A stretch of 58,463 nt of DNA, the filler included, from Sphacelaria rigidula (lineage: Eukaryota), in assembly GCA_964200075.2 (NCBI GenBank). It is 6 parts of 6 records of this genome, joined end to end, with 100 filler letters (N's around TTAATTAATTAA, not from the genome) between each part and the next. Parts side by side here need not be neighbours in the genome. Positions count along the whole stretch, not along the records: positions 29,284 to 38,943 come from CAXNAA020008012.1; positions 39,044 to 48,703 come from CAXNAA020008013.1; 4 more parts are not named here. The stretch is one strand, 5' to 3'. Of this stretch, positions 29,446 to 42,910 are shown piece after piece. The notes below the pieces were generated by a model that was given only the letters and a program-made list of their open reading frames with translations, did not search any database and was not told where the DNA came from. The position numbers and the translations under genes are program-made. Numbering within the stretch: the stretch's first letter is position 1; each line of letters opens with the position of its first letter.

Positions 29446-29880
29446 GGCCATCAAAAAACGAAAAAAGCGTGCAGGTGAATGAACCTGCCTGCCCCAGCTC
29501 ACCTGCCCCCGCCCATGGCAGTACATCTTCATACCTCACAACCTCTTCGCTATCAGTTTCAGTACAGAGCGCGCTACTCATCATCATTGAGTAATCGAGT
29601 AGACGGGTAGTCGGGTGGGTATTGTCAAAATGAGCGACTCCAGTGACCGCACATCTGACCCCTTCATGAGAGAGTCAGCAGTGGAACCAGTCTAAGAAGA
29701 GCCAGAACATCGGAACAGTCGCAAGAGGAAGGAATAGAAAGAGACACGATGGGGTCAGGAGTGACCTGACTCCGAAAGATGCCCAGGCGGTTCGCGTTGT
29801 AGAGGCCTCAGATATCTTGCGTCCGAACTTGAATACTAAACTTATACCCGAGATTTTCGTACATCGGGTCCGGCATCAGA

Positions 29881-30200
29881 TACTCTACCCAACTTTCGGG
29901 TAGATTGAGTATGACCTCAAATACTCTACTCAACTCTTAGGTAGATTGAGTATGACCTCCAATACTCTACTCGAATTTCGGGTAGATTGAGTATGACCTA
30001 TACTCCACTCAATTTTTGGGTAGATGGAGTGCGACTTTAAATTCTCTCAGCAATACTTGGGTATAGTGTATCACTTGGGTATGACCTATACTCTACTCAA
30101 AAATTGGGTAGATTATGTATGGCCTGAAGTATTCTACTCAAATTTTGGGTGGATTGAGTACGACCTCAAATACTTACTCAAATTTTGGGTAAGTACTCTC
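29881..30200. repeat. Tandem array of ~40-bp hairpin-forming units (about 7-8 copies)
   Basis: Unit TACTCTACYCAAxTTTxGGGTAGATTGAGTATGACCTCAAA, head-to-tail with no spacers. Related motifs at 30236-30262, 30485-30570 and 31795-31970. Confidence 0.85.
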
Positions 30201-30262
30201 AGTAATACCTGAATGTAGAGTATAAGATTTTGTCACCCCATCTATTTTGGGTAGATTGAGTA

Positions 30263-30481
30263 TGTGTGTGTTGTCACCCCATCTATTCTTTACGCCGGTC
30301 TACCCTTTTCGGTATATGTGGGCGCACCAACAGGGGTCACACAGGTGGAAGGGCAACACAAGAATTTTTCCTTTTCGTTTGTTTTGGTTCTCCACCTTCC
30401 TTTTGCAGTGCTTGCCTTTCTTTTTTATCGCGAGAGGGATTCAGCAGCCCCTTCCCCTCGTCGACCACTAAGTCGAATTTT
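30263..30481 (-). mobile_element. SINE family A, 5'-truncated, inserted in a tandem array
   Basis: TG tail and body without head. The array motif resumes at ~30485. Confidence 0.75.
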
Positions 30482-30599
30482 TTCGAGTGCGGCCTGAAAT
30501 ACTCTAATTGAAAAAAAAACTAAAAGTATGACTTTTCGGAAATACCGAGTATCGAGTATACTCGACCTGCCCTTGAAGTATTGGCTCGTGTGGCGCTGT

Positions 30600-31970
30600 C
30601 TCGCTAGACAGAATAGCAAAGGATTGCACAGTACGCTGTCAAGCTCACTTGCGAGGTGCAGCGAAAAAGAAGAACAGTCGATGGTTTTCTGTGGCGCGTT
30701 TCGACCAGAACAAACTCAAGCAGCCTCTTTGGCACGCAGGGAGCTGGAGGAAAAGCTGGGTAAGCTTGGGAGAGTGAGAGTGGTAGTGATCGAGATCGAG
30801 CCACAGCACTCATTACTTCCTGGAACAAGAACCAATTCCACACAAGTACGTCCAACAAAACTGTACCATCCAGTCCAACTACTGCTGCTGACGCGGTAGC
30901 CCTGCTAGCTTTCAGCTTAGATCAGCTGCAATCTTACACACAGGATATACTTTAGCTTACATGGCCTGAGTACTCTGCTAGAGTATCTTCCTGTGACAAA
31001 TCATGGCAGTATGTCTACTCCAGCAATATCCTACTTGAAACGCTCCTTAGACAAGCAGACTATGAATTATCCCAAAAGAGGTAGTGAGTCTACAGGATAC
31101 GTGGTCAATGATTTCCTCGAACTTCATGAGTTGTGCCGCTTCTTCTGCTTCTACGACTATATTCAAACACAAAAAATATATAATGCCTCAGGGGGCTACG
31201 GGGAAAATATTTTGGGTTACGGACGTTCTGGTTCATACAGCTCATTCTCTCCATTGGACATTGTGGCAACGCGAGCAGCGATGCGATACATCCCGTAATA
31301 TCTAGCAGGCAGTCGAAGTCTCGCTAACCCACGCGTAAACAAATGTATGCGTTACGGACGTATTTTTGTCACTATCCAATGTTGATATACCTGAGAAAGG
31401 CAAATAAAGCACCAGAATCATCCTGTCCGTGCACTCGTTTGTTTTTCACCATCATATCAACTGCATCTTATTAGTTTACATACATTTGCACATACATTTG
31501 CACATGCATCCTTGTACTGTCTCACCCTAGCTCCGCAATCAACCAGCAAAATGCACAGCAAGAGAGGATACGTCTGACGTGGAACAGTCCGCTGAATTTC
31601 AGGGCGTCTCTATCACAGCTTCAGAGGCGATGATTTTCTTTTCTCGATGGGTGGTGTTACAATTCAGTCAATTCACAAGCTTATTCGTTATTCGCTTCGG
31701 ACTCATGGGAGAGTATTTGACATGCAGGGGCGCTTCCCGGATATGACTCCAGGGAAGCGCATGGGGGCATGTCTGTAACCGTCACAACGAATCTAAGTAC
31801 CCCAAAACTTGGATATACTTGTGAGATCGCACTCAACAACACTTATATATTGGGTAGAGTTAGACCGGACCTCACTTCACCCAATATTCGGGTAGAGTTT
31901 GGAGATTGGACCATCGCAATGCAAAATTCAGGATGGTGAATACCCGGGTATTTACCTCACGCAACTCACC
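30600..31970 (+). mobile_element. Possible highly degenerate hAT transposon remnant
   Basis: Broken frames resembling the hAT dimerisation region (PL.LWQREQ..., GVSITASEA.IF), lying between clusters of subterminal-type repeats. Weak. Confidence 0.3.
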
Positions 31971-34691
31971 CTTGGGTCATTGCAATCTACGCATCGTTTT
32001 CTGATTGTATCGCCTCTGTTGGTACCTCAATTGCGCTGTTTCTTGCCCTACTTTTAACTGGCTGGGACACCAAGCGAAAGCTGACCACAAGATAGTAGCT
32101 TATGTTTTACAACAGCCTTGTTTGTTACACCACAGTGCGGGCAGTACATACGATAAAGACAAAAATTGGAATTTTCTTTTCTTCAGCCAACAACAAACTC
32201 CACTTTGCCGTGGGACACTCACTCTATATCGCGGCAGATATCGTTGTTCATGATTGAATGTTTAGCCCGAGGTATTTTGTCTCGGTCCCAAAAATCGTCT
32301 GATACATGAGCCTCAACGAGCCATGGATACTGTGAATAACACCCCCGGGGTATGCTTTTCCGGTCAGATGCCTGAAATGTACTTTTAAGTTCCATGCAAA
32401 AGACATGGGCGCGATCATAATCTCTGCCAGGGTGCAATATGTGTTGTGAGATTTCTTGGACGATAGTAACCGCTTGGGGAGTCTCGAAAGTATCGTTTCC
32501 TTCAACAGACAGCCATGAAGGTGAGATACGAATTACTTTCATAGGGTGCTTTTTTCGGCCACCTGAATATGATGTTGACCGGACGCGCCGTGCAAAATTA
32601 TCGTCCTGTCGACACCTATACGCGCTGCGATGATTCAACAGTCTCTACGTATTGGCTATATTATGTGTGTGTTGTCATTCCATCTATTCTGGACGCCAGT
32701 CTACACCTTCGGGTATACATTTGTCAACATGTTCATATCTTCGCAGTCATCTCTCTACAGTACTGGGTGGTCTCACTATTCAGGGGTGTTCGGGGTTTTC
32801 CTCGCTCACTACTCTTCGATAGAACTCGAAATTTCTAGCGTCGGTAGATTTTGGTACAATAAACAGATCATCCTCGAAACACAGTGCCCAAGTCAGAGTT
32901 AGTTGGTGTTATCGGGCGATACGAGTAAATACCCCGTTTATCAGGAGGAGGGTGTTATTGACCATGAAACACAGTTTTTCGGCTCTAGTGCAATGAGTAG
33001 GTAGAATTTCAGAAAAATTAAACTGTACATTTCTTCACGAATATGATCGGGACAGGTTCGATCGACCGAAAATACCAAAGAGTAAGAATCTGAGCTGAGA
33101 CGGGGCAGGACCCCCGATGACCGGTCAGCTCGTAAGTCACCCAATATTGAGTACAGATGGTTTGTTCTCCTTGAAGTGTGGGGCGGATACAAATATCTTG
33201 AGATCTCCAATGTGATAAGCGGTGGCAAGCGAAACAAGCCCAAGAAAACCGCCAAATACGAAAAAAACACAAAATGCCACAAAATGGATAGTTGGACTGC
33301 CCACTACTGTAGCGGTAGATATCGTCAAAAGGTATCCATGTGGGTCTTCGTGGCCCAAGCTGTCCCAGATATGACTTTTCAGATTATCCCGGGAGATAAA
33401 AGCGTCGGATGAATGGCACTTTGTCCGTGCCTTTTATTTTATCGTCATCATCCCCTGTGGAGTGCAACACGGGTGTGTGTTTCTCCACTGCTATGCAGGA
33501 GTGAGAGCCAGCGCCCGGTGTTTTGAGAATGTAAGGGGGCAAGGAGGCCATTCATATCATTGGTGTTTCTGTCGTGATGCCCCGTCCCCATCCCGGGGGG
33601 GATGCATGCTTCGACAACCTTCGAAGCCCACCACAACCATGAGTAAGAATCACAACTTTGATGTAGGACCGCTCTCTCGAGACGGCACGTAGTCCGCCCC
33701 AACTCGTACCAATACGTTCCTGCTCCCCGAGACGCATTGAACTGCCGGGGCCGCTGCCTAGACGACGCCAAGAGACAATCTCAAGAAAATTCCATTTCAC
33801 ACGATTTTCAGGGCGTTGGCGCCCTCGAGTAAAAAAAATTCCGCGGGAACACGCATCGAGCCTGGGGTTCGCAGGAGCAGATTTAAATCGACACGGAGCA
33901 CCTGGTAGATATCTCGACACTCTCAGCCGCTTGCTGAGTGATCGTGCAACAAAATGGACAGCTTCGCTCAACACACGTCGAGTGTTTTGGCATTCGGTCC
34001 AACTATTGCAGGGGAGACAGGGGAACAGCATCAAGGAAGACGCGGGAGTATCGAAATTCCGTACCGCGAGTTTTTTTTATTACATCATTATTTTATTATT
34101 TTACAAGCCGCACGGGACCCGGGGCTGCGCCCCGCACCCGTCCGTCTTTTTCGAGGGTCTGAGTTTTCTTGCCTTGCCAAGCCCTCGTGAGAAGAGATCC
34201 TCTCTCGAAATGTTCATGCCCGCCGGAAACATTGCAGGACCACCGCGATCGTGCGTTCGTTCAAACGGTCGCGAACGCATGTGTACCCCCGCACAAATTA
34301 AAGCACGAATCCGCTAACCGGGCCCCTAGCATTGGCACTGGCCCGAACAGTCATCTCCCGGGGCGGGTGTGGAGGAACTTGCACACTAAACTCAGCAACA
34401 AATCTCGTGGACGCCTCGTTACAAAGTATTCTTCACGCTTATGAGTTCGAAATATTCTGTATATATACTATTATTTTTCATTTGTCGCGCTTTGAACCCC
34501 TCCGCTTCCTCGGGACGAGTGCGAGTGGCACTCATTGAACACAGCTACTAATTCTAGGCAAGAGGTGCTGCTATTTTTTTAGTACATATCGCCCCCCCCC
34601 CCCCTTCTTGAAAAGTAGAACAAGGCCTACTGTTCGGAGCACAATAGGGTGAGTTAGTTGGACAGTGGCATAGCATGTCGAACACAGGTAC

Positions 34692-34862
34692 TTCATGGCC
34701 GGCATGCAGCTGAAGCTGTCCTGTCCACTCCCCTGCTGCTGCCGCCCCTGTTGCATCTCTTGTACTCGCTAGGCATGAGCCGCGGGCGGCGAAGATGGTG
34801 AAAACCTGCCAGCTGGTTGCGGTCGTTAGCTTGTGCATCGCGGCAGCGATAGTAATAGGCAT
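34692..34862 (-). CDS. Possible first exon of an unknown gene
   Basis: ATG-initiated GC-rich 57-codon frame MPITIAAAMHKLTTATSWQVF...LQLHAGHE ending at GAA|gtacct. No partner exon identified. Confidence 0.25.
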
Positions 34863-34930
34863 CTATTGCTGGCCTGGTGAGTGAGTGACCTTCCGCTTCA
34901 ATAGGAGTCGCCCTCAATATGACTTTTTAA

Positions 34931-35122
34931 CCCTTTTGGAACCGTTGATGCAAACATGATGATTTAGAATTGACGTTTTCTTGGGCAAGATAAGCTTATT
35001 TTTCTGCAAAGTGTTGATAATGCAGACCACCGAAACGGTGCACGGAACTCGAGGTGACGTTTTGGCGGTGACGAAAGCTCGCATATGGGAGTTTGTACTG
35101 TTTTCCGCGAGTTCCAAAGGAG
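34931..35122. mobile_element. piggyBac-like MITE
   Basis: TTAA|CCCTTTTGGAAC ... GTTCCAAAGGAG|TTAA. Internal sequence is homologous (inverted) to 40702-40937. Confidence 0.75.
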
Positions 35123-36044
35123 TTAAACACGGGAATGCAACGCGATCCAAGACATTACGAGAGGTGAGCACCTGTCGGGTGTCATATGTTTCAGCGGGGG
35201 TATCCTGGTGACACCCGGCGGAAGATTCGCGGGTAGTTGTGCGGCTCGCGAGAGTAAAACGATATTTCATCAAATTAAAATATATATATATTGTGACCAC
35301 GGAAGGCGTCCGCATAAGATGCCCAGTACCAATGTACCGCGCAGATATCGGAACGGCTTTTAATGTGAAGACAACAACAACAACAACAACAACAACAATA
35401 TATATATAAATATATGATTGTAGAAGACAGTCCTGTGCAGTGACACATCAGAGATTGATGCCACACATGTATGAAGGACCAGCGCATGCGGGTAAGAGGT
35501 AAAAACGGTCCGAAAGGACCAGAATACCGAGACCCTGTAAAGCCACCGATACTAGACAACTCGGGGTGATGCCAGAAACAGCCCGATATAACGGTGGCCA
35601 AACATCCCCCGAGGAAATGGGTCCACCTCACGGTGATTCACGTCTTGGTCTGTCCCCTTCTTGGCTACATTACACAAGAGGAAATTATCGCCAGCGTCGG
35701 ACTTCCTTCGGCATCAGGACGACATCTCCAACGACAGTCTTACCCGTGGGTCTCTGTCGACCCTAATAGCGATACGCCTTCCTCATATGATATCGATTTC
35801 ATTAGCCTCCTCATCAGAGCAGACAGAAGATGTTTTTTTTTCTCTGTTCAGTCGTGTTCGCGAAATGGGTAATAGTTGGGAATGCTGTTCCGATGCTCCA
35901 TACGATCACCACGACGACATTAGCGCTGCTCGGCGTACGAAGTAGCAAAATCGCGGCTTCTGGCTGTGTAATAAATATATTACGTGGAGTTCAGGTGGAC
36001 GAATTGTACAACCGTTGGTTGGGTGATTCAGTCGGTTGGGTGGT

Positions 36045-36091
<47 letters not shown>

Positions 36092-36628
36092 TACTTACTC
36101 TGTCCCGTGAGTTGGTTTGTTTACACGGGCCCTCAACCGTGTCGGATGCATTGAGCGATAATCGCGGCGACACTTCTCCCCGCAGCCTAGCCATAGAGTC
36201 CTCCTGGTTCGAGGCGGGTTCTCGCGGACTCTGCGACAAAGCTCCAAGGTTGAACATATTTTGTTTCTTTAAAATCAAACAGTAATCCTAACCCTGACCC
36301 TAAGCCAAGGCATACGGTGAACCCTCGAGCAAGGAAGGGTACAGTGTCCTGGGCCAAGTGTGCTTTGGCGGAGCTCGAATCGGCGCCTGTGGAGCCGATT
36401 TGGGCTAAAATACTTGCTGCGCACGTTAGGCCAGCGGTCGGGACTGTGAACCCGGTAAAGATCTAAACATGATTTTTGAACACTAATATCAAGTATTTTT
36501 TTCACGATGGATTCTCGTCGCCGAGTTCGCGTCAACTTCACCACCCGGCTCTTGGCGTTCTGTGCCCCCCTAGATCCGCGCTGTGGCTCGTGAACTCTCG
36601 TGCCTTGGTGTTATGTTGCTATTGCCAG

Positions 36629-36905
36629 TGTCGTAGACGCAGCTGGGGAGGATTTCGCGTGTGCAGGCAGCATCGTTGAAATTGGTGTGGCCACTCGATC
36701 TATTGACTATTATAAGCAGGTCTTGGCTCCAGACGTTACAGTCCACCATGAAGATGTATGTGCTGGTCCCCTAATTTTTGTTGGTCTGCACTCGTTTGTT
36801 TCGTGTTCACGCTTGCCTTTGGTTTATACTAGAACTTTTTCGTGCTGCGCTTATTTATTATTTTTTCTTGTGCGGTATCCTTTTTTGTGTTTGTTTCTGT
36901 TTTTT

Positions 36906-36936
<31 letters not shown>

Positions 36937-37100
36937 CCTCTTGTCTTATTTCGTTTATAATATGTACTTCGGACTCTCGCCAGGTCGTCACCTTCGCTCT
37001 GACGGGCGGTGACCTACTCCGCATCGAAGAACTAGGCACAGGCACACAAACACGAATGGAGAACTTCGAAGATCAATCGAGATCTTCAGGCAGAAGTGTA
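36629..37100 (+). CDS. Possible pair of exons (36629-36755 and 36984-~37100), unknown
   Basis: VVDAAGEDFACAGSIVEIGVATRSIDYYKQVLAPDVTVHHED|gtatgt ... pyrimidine-rich intron ... cag|VVTFALTGGDLLRIEEL, in compatible phase. Confidence 0.3.
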
Positions 37101-39043
37101 GGTATCGGTTGGCATGGAGCTCGGATATGTGTCGGAAGATGGGACGAGATATCATAAGTCGCGAACTCTTGTCGAAGCGCGCTTCAGCATGACCTGCACC
37201 AACGAGCTGCAGATACCCAGCGGCTGGGGAATGCTCTGCCGCTGTCCTTGTTTTTTATTTCTGCTATTACTCTAGGTACTTCGCGCGAGGCACGAGCACT
37301 GGGTGAGATATCGCCAGCTATGCGCTTTCCTGTTTCGATGTCTTTTAGAGGCCAAACCCCGCTCTGTGCGAAAAAATCGTTCATCAGAATATCTTGTAAA
37401 GAGATATTTCCCGAAAAAACTGACACTATATGGTGCGCGGTAACCTTGGCTGTCGGGGAGTGAGATTTTGTGCTCGACTCACCTACATCCGGTGTGGTGA
37501 CCGGTAACCGCCTTGGTTTTTCCATGGAAGCCACGGCTTGCGCCGGATCGAGAGGGTATCTGAGATTGTTGCGGACAGCATTGAAGGCATGTCGCGGTTT
37601 GCCTCATCGACTTGAAGTGAAGGCTGTTCGTTGGTGCTGTGGGAGGTTAATATGGGGGCAGAGCTTCTACTCGCACTGTAGAGCTGGGTACGACGCGTGA
37701 GATAGGGATGAGGGTAGATCGAAGGGTTCTCCCGTCGTCCTCCACGAATTTTTTTGAAGGGCGGATTTTTGTCAATGCTGCTGCAATCTTATGCTGTCTT
37801 GTTGTTTGCATTCTCAACGAGTCATTGATGCGCGCGAATAATCGCGAAATGCTCTTGTCCTGCCTGTCTTCCGCAAAACAATGTAGTTCCGATCGCCGCC
37901 ACATGTGGCCTTTTTTTTTTCTTGTCTTTTCTCTTCCTGTTGTGAAACGTGGCATTTTGATGGATGTCTCTTTGCCTTCGTGGTGTTTTTTGTGTCAGAG
38001 TTTGGAGGATATGTGCATACGTCGACGGACCCATGTTTTTTCTGACGGATAGCACGCGCGTTTGGGATTATTGCAAGGGAAAATTCTCACGCTGGATCTC
38101 GTTTTGGGTAATTAATAATCGGAACTCTAAATTGCACCCTCATGTGTATGTATCAGGGGAACATGTGTTGGTGGCCAAAAATATTTGTTGTTGTACTATG
38201 TCCTATAGACATGATTTTTTGTTGTACTATATCCAATAGACGCCATGGGTGTCATGAAAAGACGCTGCAGTTATGTGAGTTTGACTCTTTTTAGATGGCA
38301 CACTTTGTCTTGCCTCCCGGTAGAATCATTGAGAGTACAGGTGTGTGTTTACCAGAAAAAAAAAATCTGTGCTCGTGAAGGTCGAGCTGTTGCCAAGAAC
38401 GCTTTGCATGAGTAGAAAAATTACAATCAAAAGTTTGGAAGTTTTCTTCTGTTGTGTTCACAAACATGAAAATATGTCACCATGCGCGGGGACGTTTACA
38501 GCTTTACCACGGTGTACCGCAATAGCCACTATGTGCGGATGGACATTTGGGGGAAGGTGTGGGAAAATATTTTCGTAGAAGCGGGTAGATGGTGTGGCCT
38601 GATACAGTACTGCACTGTGTGCCTTGAAGACACCTATTTGTGGAAGGGCGTTTATACTCTGTCGTTGAATTGGAAGATTCGCGAGGAGGGCTAGCTACAT
38701 GTCTTGGTATGTACGTCCTGATGAGGGTCAGCCTCCGCCTTTTTGCTTTGTTGTTGAATAAGCCGTAGCATGTTGTTCCGTGTTCGTTAAGCACGGGGCA
38801 CGTCAAGATGTGCTGTGCATGTCTGCACCCGTCGGGTTTCTTCACTCATTTTTTTTGTTTCTCGAAGTGGGTATTGTTTCGTCATTTAGGCCGCTTCCTA
38901 TAATAGACAAAAATAAAAACCCGGAAAAATGTATTTTTGGAGGNNNNNNNNNNNNNNNNNNNNNNNNNNNNNNNNNNNNNNNNNNNNTTAATTAATTAAN
39001 NNNNNNNNNNNNNNNNNNNNNNNNNNNNNNNNNNNNNNNNNNN

Positions 39044-42000
39044 CCCCCGGACGCCGTACGCTGTACGCCCCCCTCCCCCCCAAAACGCCGCCTACCTACG
39101 TTATTCTCCGGCGAAGGCGGGGTCAGCGTTGGCAAAAGACAAAAGCGCGGCAGTGGCAAATTTAGAGGGCCTAATTCCACCCCTCCCGCAGCACTCTATT
39201 TTTGCGGGAAGTGGACGTTAGAGCCACTGCACGCATGCCCTCCACGGGGAAACCGCCGACGCAGTGGTAGCTCGGGTGGTGTGAGCAACAAGGGAGTGGA
39301 TGCGGCCGCTGGGGTCGATGATTGCGGGGGAAAGGGCGGTTCCTCTTCGCCGGGCGAGGTACATTTGTCCATTTCTCTCGCTCTGTTGAACCTCCCGTCC
39401 CCTTGATCGGGTCTGCCGTAGACTTCATTCTTCAGCATTGCATCAGCATTCCAGGACTTTTTGTTTTGTTTTGTTTCTTTCATTTTTTTATTTCTGTGTT
39501 CTTGGCGCCCTCCTGTTCTCACTATTTCAGGCAATCGATATGTGTAAGTATGGAAAAGGCCTGATCATGGATAGGATCCGGACCACGAAATATGTCCATA
39601 CTGGTGTTGATGTATTAGCTTGACCGCCGGGAAACAGCGTACAGTTGTGGAATCTAACTTGTATGCTTGGGCGAATTGCAGTTGTTAGAACCCCGAGTAC
39701 GTCAATTTCTCCGGCGAGGAAGAGTCTCACTGTTTGAGACCCCCAATGGAGTGAAGAATTCACGAACGACTGGAGGCTTGATTTCCATGAAATACCGATC
39801 GCAGGTGAAAGCGTGATGCAACACATGGGCGTGTCTTTTTCCACACGTAATATTAAATCTACGAGTTATGAATTTTCTCCAAGAACTCGAGAAGTTTCGT
39901 CACTTATGAGGCATGCTTGTTTTTTGTCGATGCTAACTTTGGGAAGATGTGCGCAAATCTTGTGAGACAGTGTCGAGTACTTGCGAAGCTTTAGGGTACG
40001 TCGTCGAGTTGGAGTTTCCTACCAAGAGATTTACAATACCACACAGGGTGTAGATGCGACTGAGAGCGTCCGCGAGTAAGTACGCAAAATATGCGATCGT
40101 GCATATTCACATGTTGGAGGATGAATCTCGACACAAAATATACCCTGGCCTGTGTGTTGGTATTGTCTCTCTCGGAATTTCGCTATATATATATATATAT
40201 ATCGAGTCTGTCCCGCACTATGATGATGATGATATCTTCGTGCTCTACTTATTTTCGTTTTCAATTAGGTGGGAGTGGGACTCGTGAAGAGATTTATGGA
40301 GATTCGGGTGGGCCGGCTTGAGCTATGGCCTGATCCACCCATCCTGGGGCGGATCTCGCATCTCACAAGGTACAGAGAAGATCATATACCCCAAATGAGC
40401 CCGTAGTGTGCAGTAAAGATCAGTGCGTGCAACGTACGGAGAGGTACGCGTCTGGAATAAAGCACGTTATAGATGTGGATTCCCACCATCAAACATGAGT
40501 TCTTCTCAATTCGTCAACCCGCCCAGCCTTGATTGACTAAGACGAAAGTTTGAGCCGCAAATATTCTCTTCTCAAACTGTCCTCCATCTCCTACAATATG
40601 CGTGGCCGGTTGTTGCAACCAGGATCTCCCCTTGGAGTTTCTTTTTTGTAACTTTGGATACCTGTGCAGTTTGATCGATCAGGTCATTCACGCGTGTTTA
40701 ACCCTTTTTGGAACTCGCGAATAACAGTACAAACTCCCACGTGCGAGCTTTCGTCACCGCAAAACGTCACTTCGAGTTCGGTGCACGAATCTGTCACACT
40801 AGTAAGCATACTTGGACTTCGAGTGGTGCACCGTTTCGGTGGGGTGTATCATCAACACTTGTAGAAAAACAGCCATGTTTTGCCCGAGAAAACGGTAATT
40901 GTAAATCGTCATTTTTTCGTCAACGGTTCCAAAAGGGTTCAAGACAAAAAGACCAAGGTTGTGTTCTATGGAGTACGGGTATGTTCTGTAGGATATGGGA
41001 TTCCTTACAGAACTTACAGAAATATCGGGTACCGGTATGAAAATCTTGCAGGAATTACAGAAATTGTCGGGCACGGAACGGGAGGCTTACCGAAGACCGT
41101 ACCGGCAATCGGGTGTTTTTTTCAGGGCATACCCGCGCTCCGCGTACGGGCATACATTATGTACATGACTCACAGAACTGTCGGGCAAGGGTATGGGAGG
41201 CGTACAAAACGCGCAGAAACTGTCAGGCAGGGTATCAAGGCTGCACAGAAAACCGTACCCGCAACCGGGTATCTTATCAAGAGGATACCCGCGCCCCCGG
41301 TAACTCTACGGGAGGCTTACAGTACTCACAGAACTATGGGTGAACGGTGTGAAAGTCTCACAGACTTTACAGAACTGTTGGGTGCCGGTGTATGAAACTG
41401 TCGGGTACGGTAAATACCCGGGGAAATACCCGTGGTATGCAGAAAACTGTACCCTACAGAACACAGTCTTGCAAAAAACGACTTGAGCACCCGCCTCGAA
41501 GATAAGTGCCCCATCCTTTCGTCTGCGTAGCTGAACTTTTAGCACGTGCGGGTTAGTTGGACTGCGGTACGAATCTTGCATGTCCGAGTTGTATTTCCAT
41601 GGTTGAGACAAGGTCGCGCCATTTAAAGTCATCCGGTGCACCCACCCGCGTGTGCATTTCCTGTCCGCCATCGCCCGCCATCGTTTCCATCTACGCGGAA
41701 ACTGCATAATTTGAGCACGCACACGCAACACGTACACAAACACACTGGATCTTTACTCCGTAGGGTCTTGAAAACCGAAAACTTTGCAGCACGTTGTTGT
41801 ATCATCATTCCGGGGTGGGGGAGAGGTGGAGTGGGAAGAGGTGAGGGGGGAGGGAGGCAGGGGGGGGGGGGTCACGTCTCTCAGAGACAAGTTTCAAGCA
41901 CGGGTTCGCGGCGTTCTCCATGAGAGGAAGTAGGGGCAGTTTTTTTTTTTTTTTCAGTACAAGCGAACTTTGGAGAGACAAATCGCTGACCCAATCTTTT

Positions 42001-42317
42001 TTTCTTTTCATATGTATATGTAGTATTTTCACACCGACTATAGGCCTATTACACAACATTGGAGTGTGATACACACGAGCACGCACGCGCGCGCGCACAC
42101 ACACAGGGCTACCGTGGGGGCCAAAGACCTCTCCACGGGACTCATACGACGGGAATTGATGCGAAAATGTCGCCAAGAGCGTGGACTGGGCGCAAGACCC
42201 CCTGGCGGGGAGGATGGAGTTTGGCCCGCGGTGGACGATCCATTGGAAGAGCTGACGGAGCTCGTCTGGCCGAGCTCAGAGCTGCCGGCATTGGAAGTGC
42301 AGCTGTGCATTGGCGAG
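39044..42317 (+). CDS. Internal exons of an unknown, probably large protein gene; exons <39044-39358, 40269-40369, 42107-42317
   Basis: Phase-compatible splicing (0/2/0) with GT-AG gives ...GVDDCGGKGGSSSPGE|VGVGLVKRFMEIRVGRLELWPDPPILGRISHLTR|ATVGAKDLSTGLIRRELMRKCRQERGLG...LEELTELVWPSSELPALEVQLCIGE. Vaguely VPS13/chorein-like in style (unverified). Confidence 0.7.
40702..40937. mobile_element. piggyBac-like MITE
   Basis: TTAA|CCCTTTTTGGAAC ... GTTCCAAAAGGG|TTCA. Confidence 0.75.
40954..41471. mobile_element. hAT-like MITE with subterminal ACAGAAxTGTCGGGxA repeats
   Basis: TIRs CAAGGTTGTGTTCTATGGAGTAC / GTACCCTACAGAACACAGTCTTG, near-TSD CAAAAAGAC / CAAAAAAC, and repeated internal motif. Confidence 0.7.
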
Positions 42318-42624
42318 GTTTGTGCATTGGTGTTGCCTTCATGTCATCACACTCTAGAGAATATACTTCATTGCTAAAAAGTGTGCTGCATACAGTATCG
42401 ATTTTTACTCTATATTGCAATAGACAGTAAAGAGACTCGGTGCTATACGTGATACACTTTTTGCCACTGTAAGGGATTGTCCAGGGTGTTTACATGAAAC
42501 ATGAAAACACGAAAGTGAGCTGTACGCAAACGCTGTTCTATCTTTGTTTTATTTTATTTTTTTCTCGATGCGCTACGTACGTAATAACGGTTTTGCTATG
42601 ATTGACTTGCTTTTTTACCGGTCG

Positions 42625-42910
42625 CAGTGTCACACGATCTGGGATTTTTTCATCACACCGTGCCCAACAGTGAAGTGCGACTTTGTCGTGGGTTTACAAA
42701 AGGTGACGTCACTGTCGACGGGGGAAAGGAACCGCTGAACCCCTACCGCAATAGTAACCAGGCAAGCACCGCAGAAGTAACGTGGGCTGTGAAAACAAAA
42801 AAAAAATAAGTCCTGATTTTTTCTTCCTCCCGTGTGACCCCGGCTGATGCGCCCGCATGTACCGAAGGGTGTAAACTGGCGTCCAGAATAGATGGGATTG
42901 CGACAGACAC
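42625..42910 (+). mobile_element. SINE family A, 5'-truncated
   Basis: Body (CCCAACAGTG...) through 3' end CTGGCGTCCAGAATAGATGGG. Other short 3' fragments at 32664-32716 (-) and 49270-49371 (+). Confidence 0.75.

Noticed and set aside
29881..30200. CRISPR array
   Set aside because: Palindromic units are head-to-tail without unique spacers, there are no cas genes, and the context is eukaryotic.
10852..34862. One long minus-strand gene joining exons at 34.8, 23.4, 20.7 and 11.0 kb
   Set aside because: Phases happen to fit, but the joins cross artificial spacers between non-contiguous segments, and a local last exon (20425-20353) also fits.
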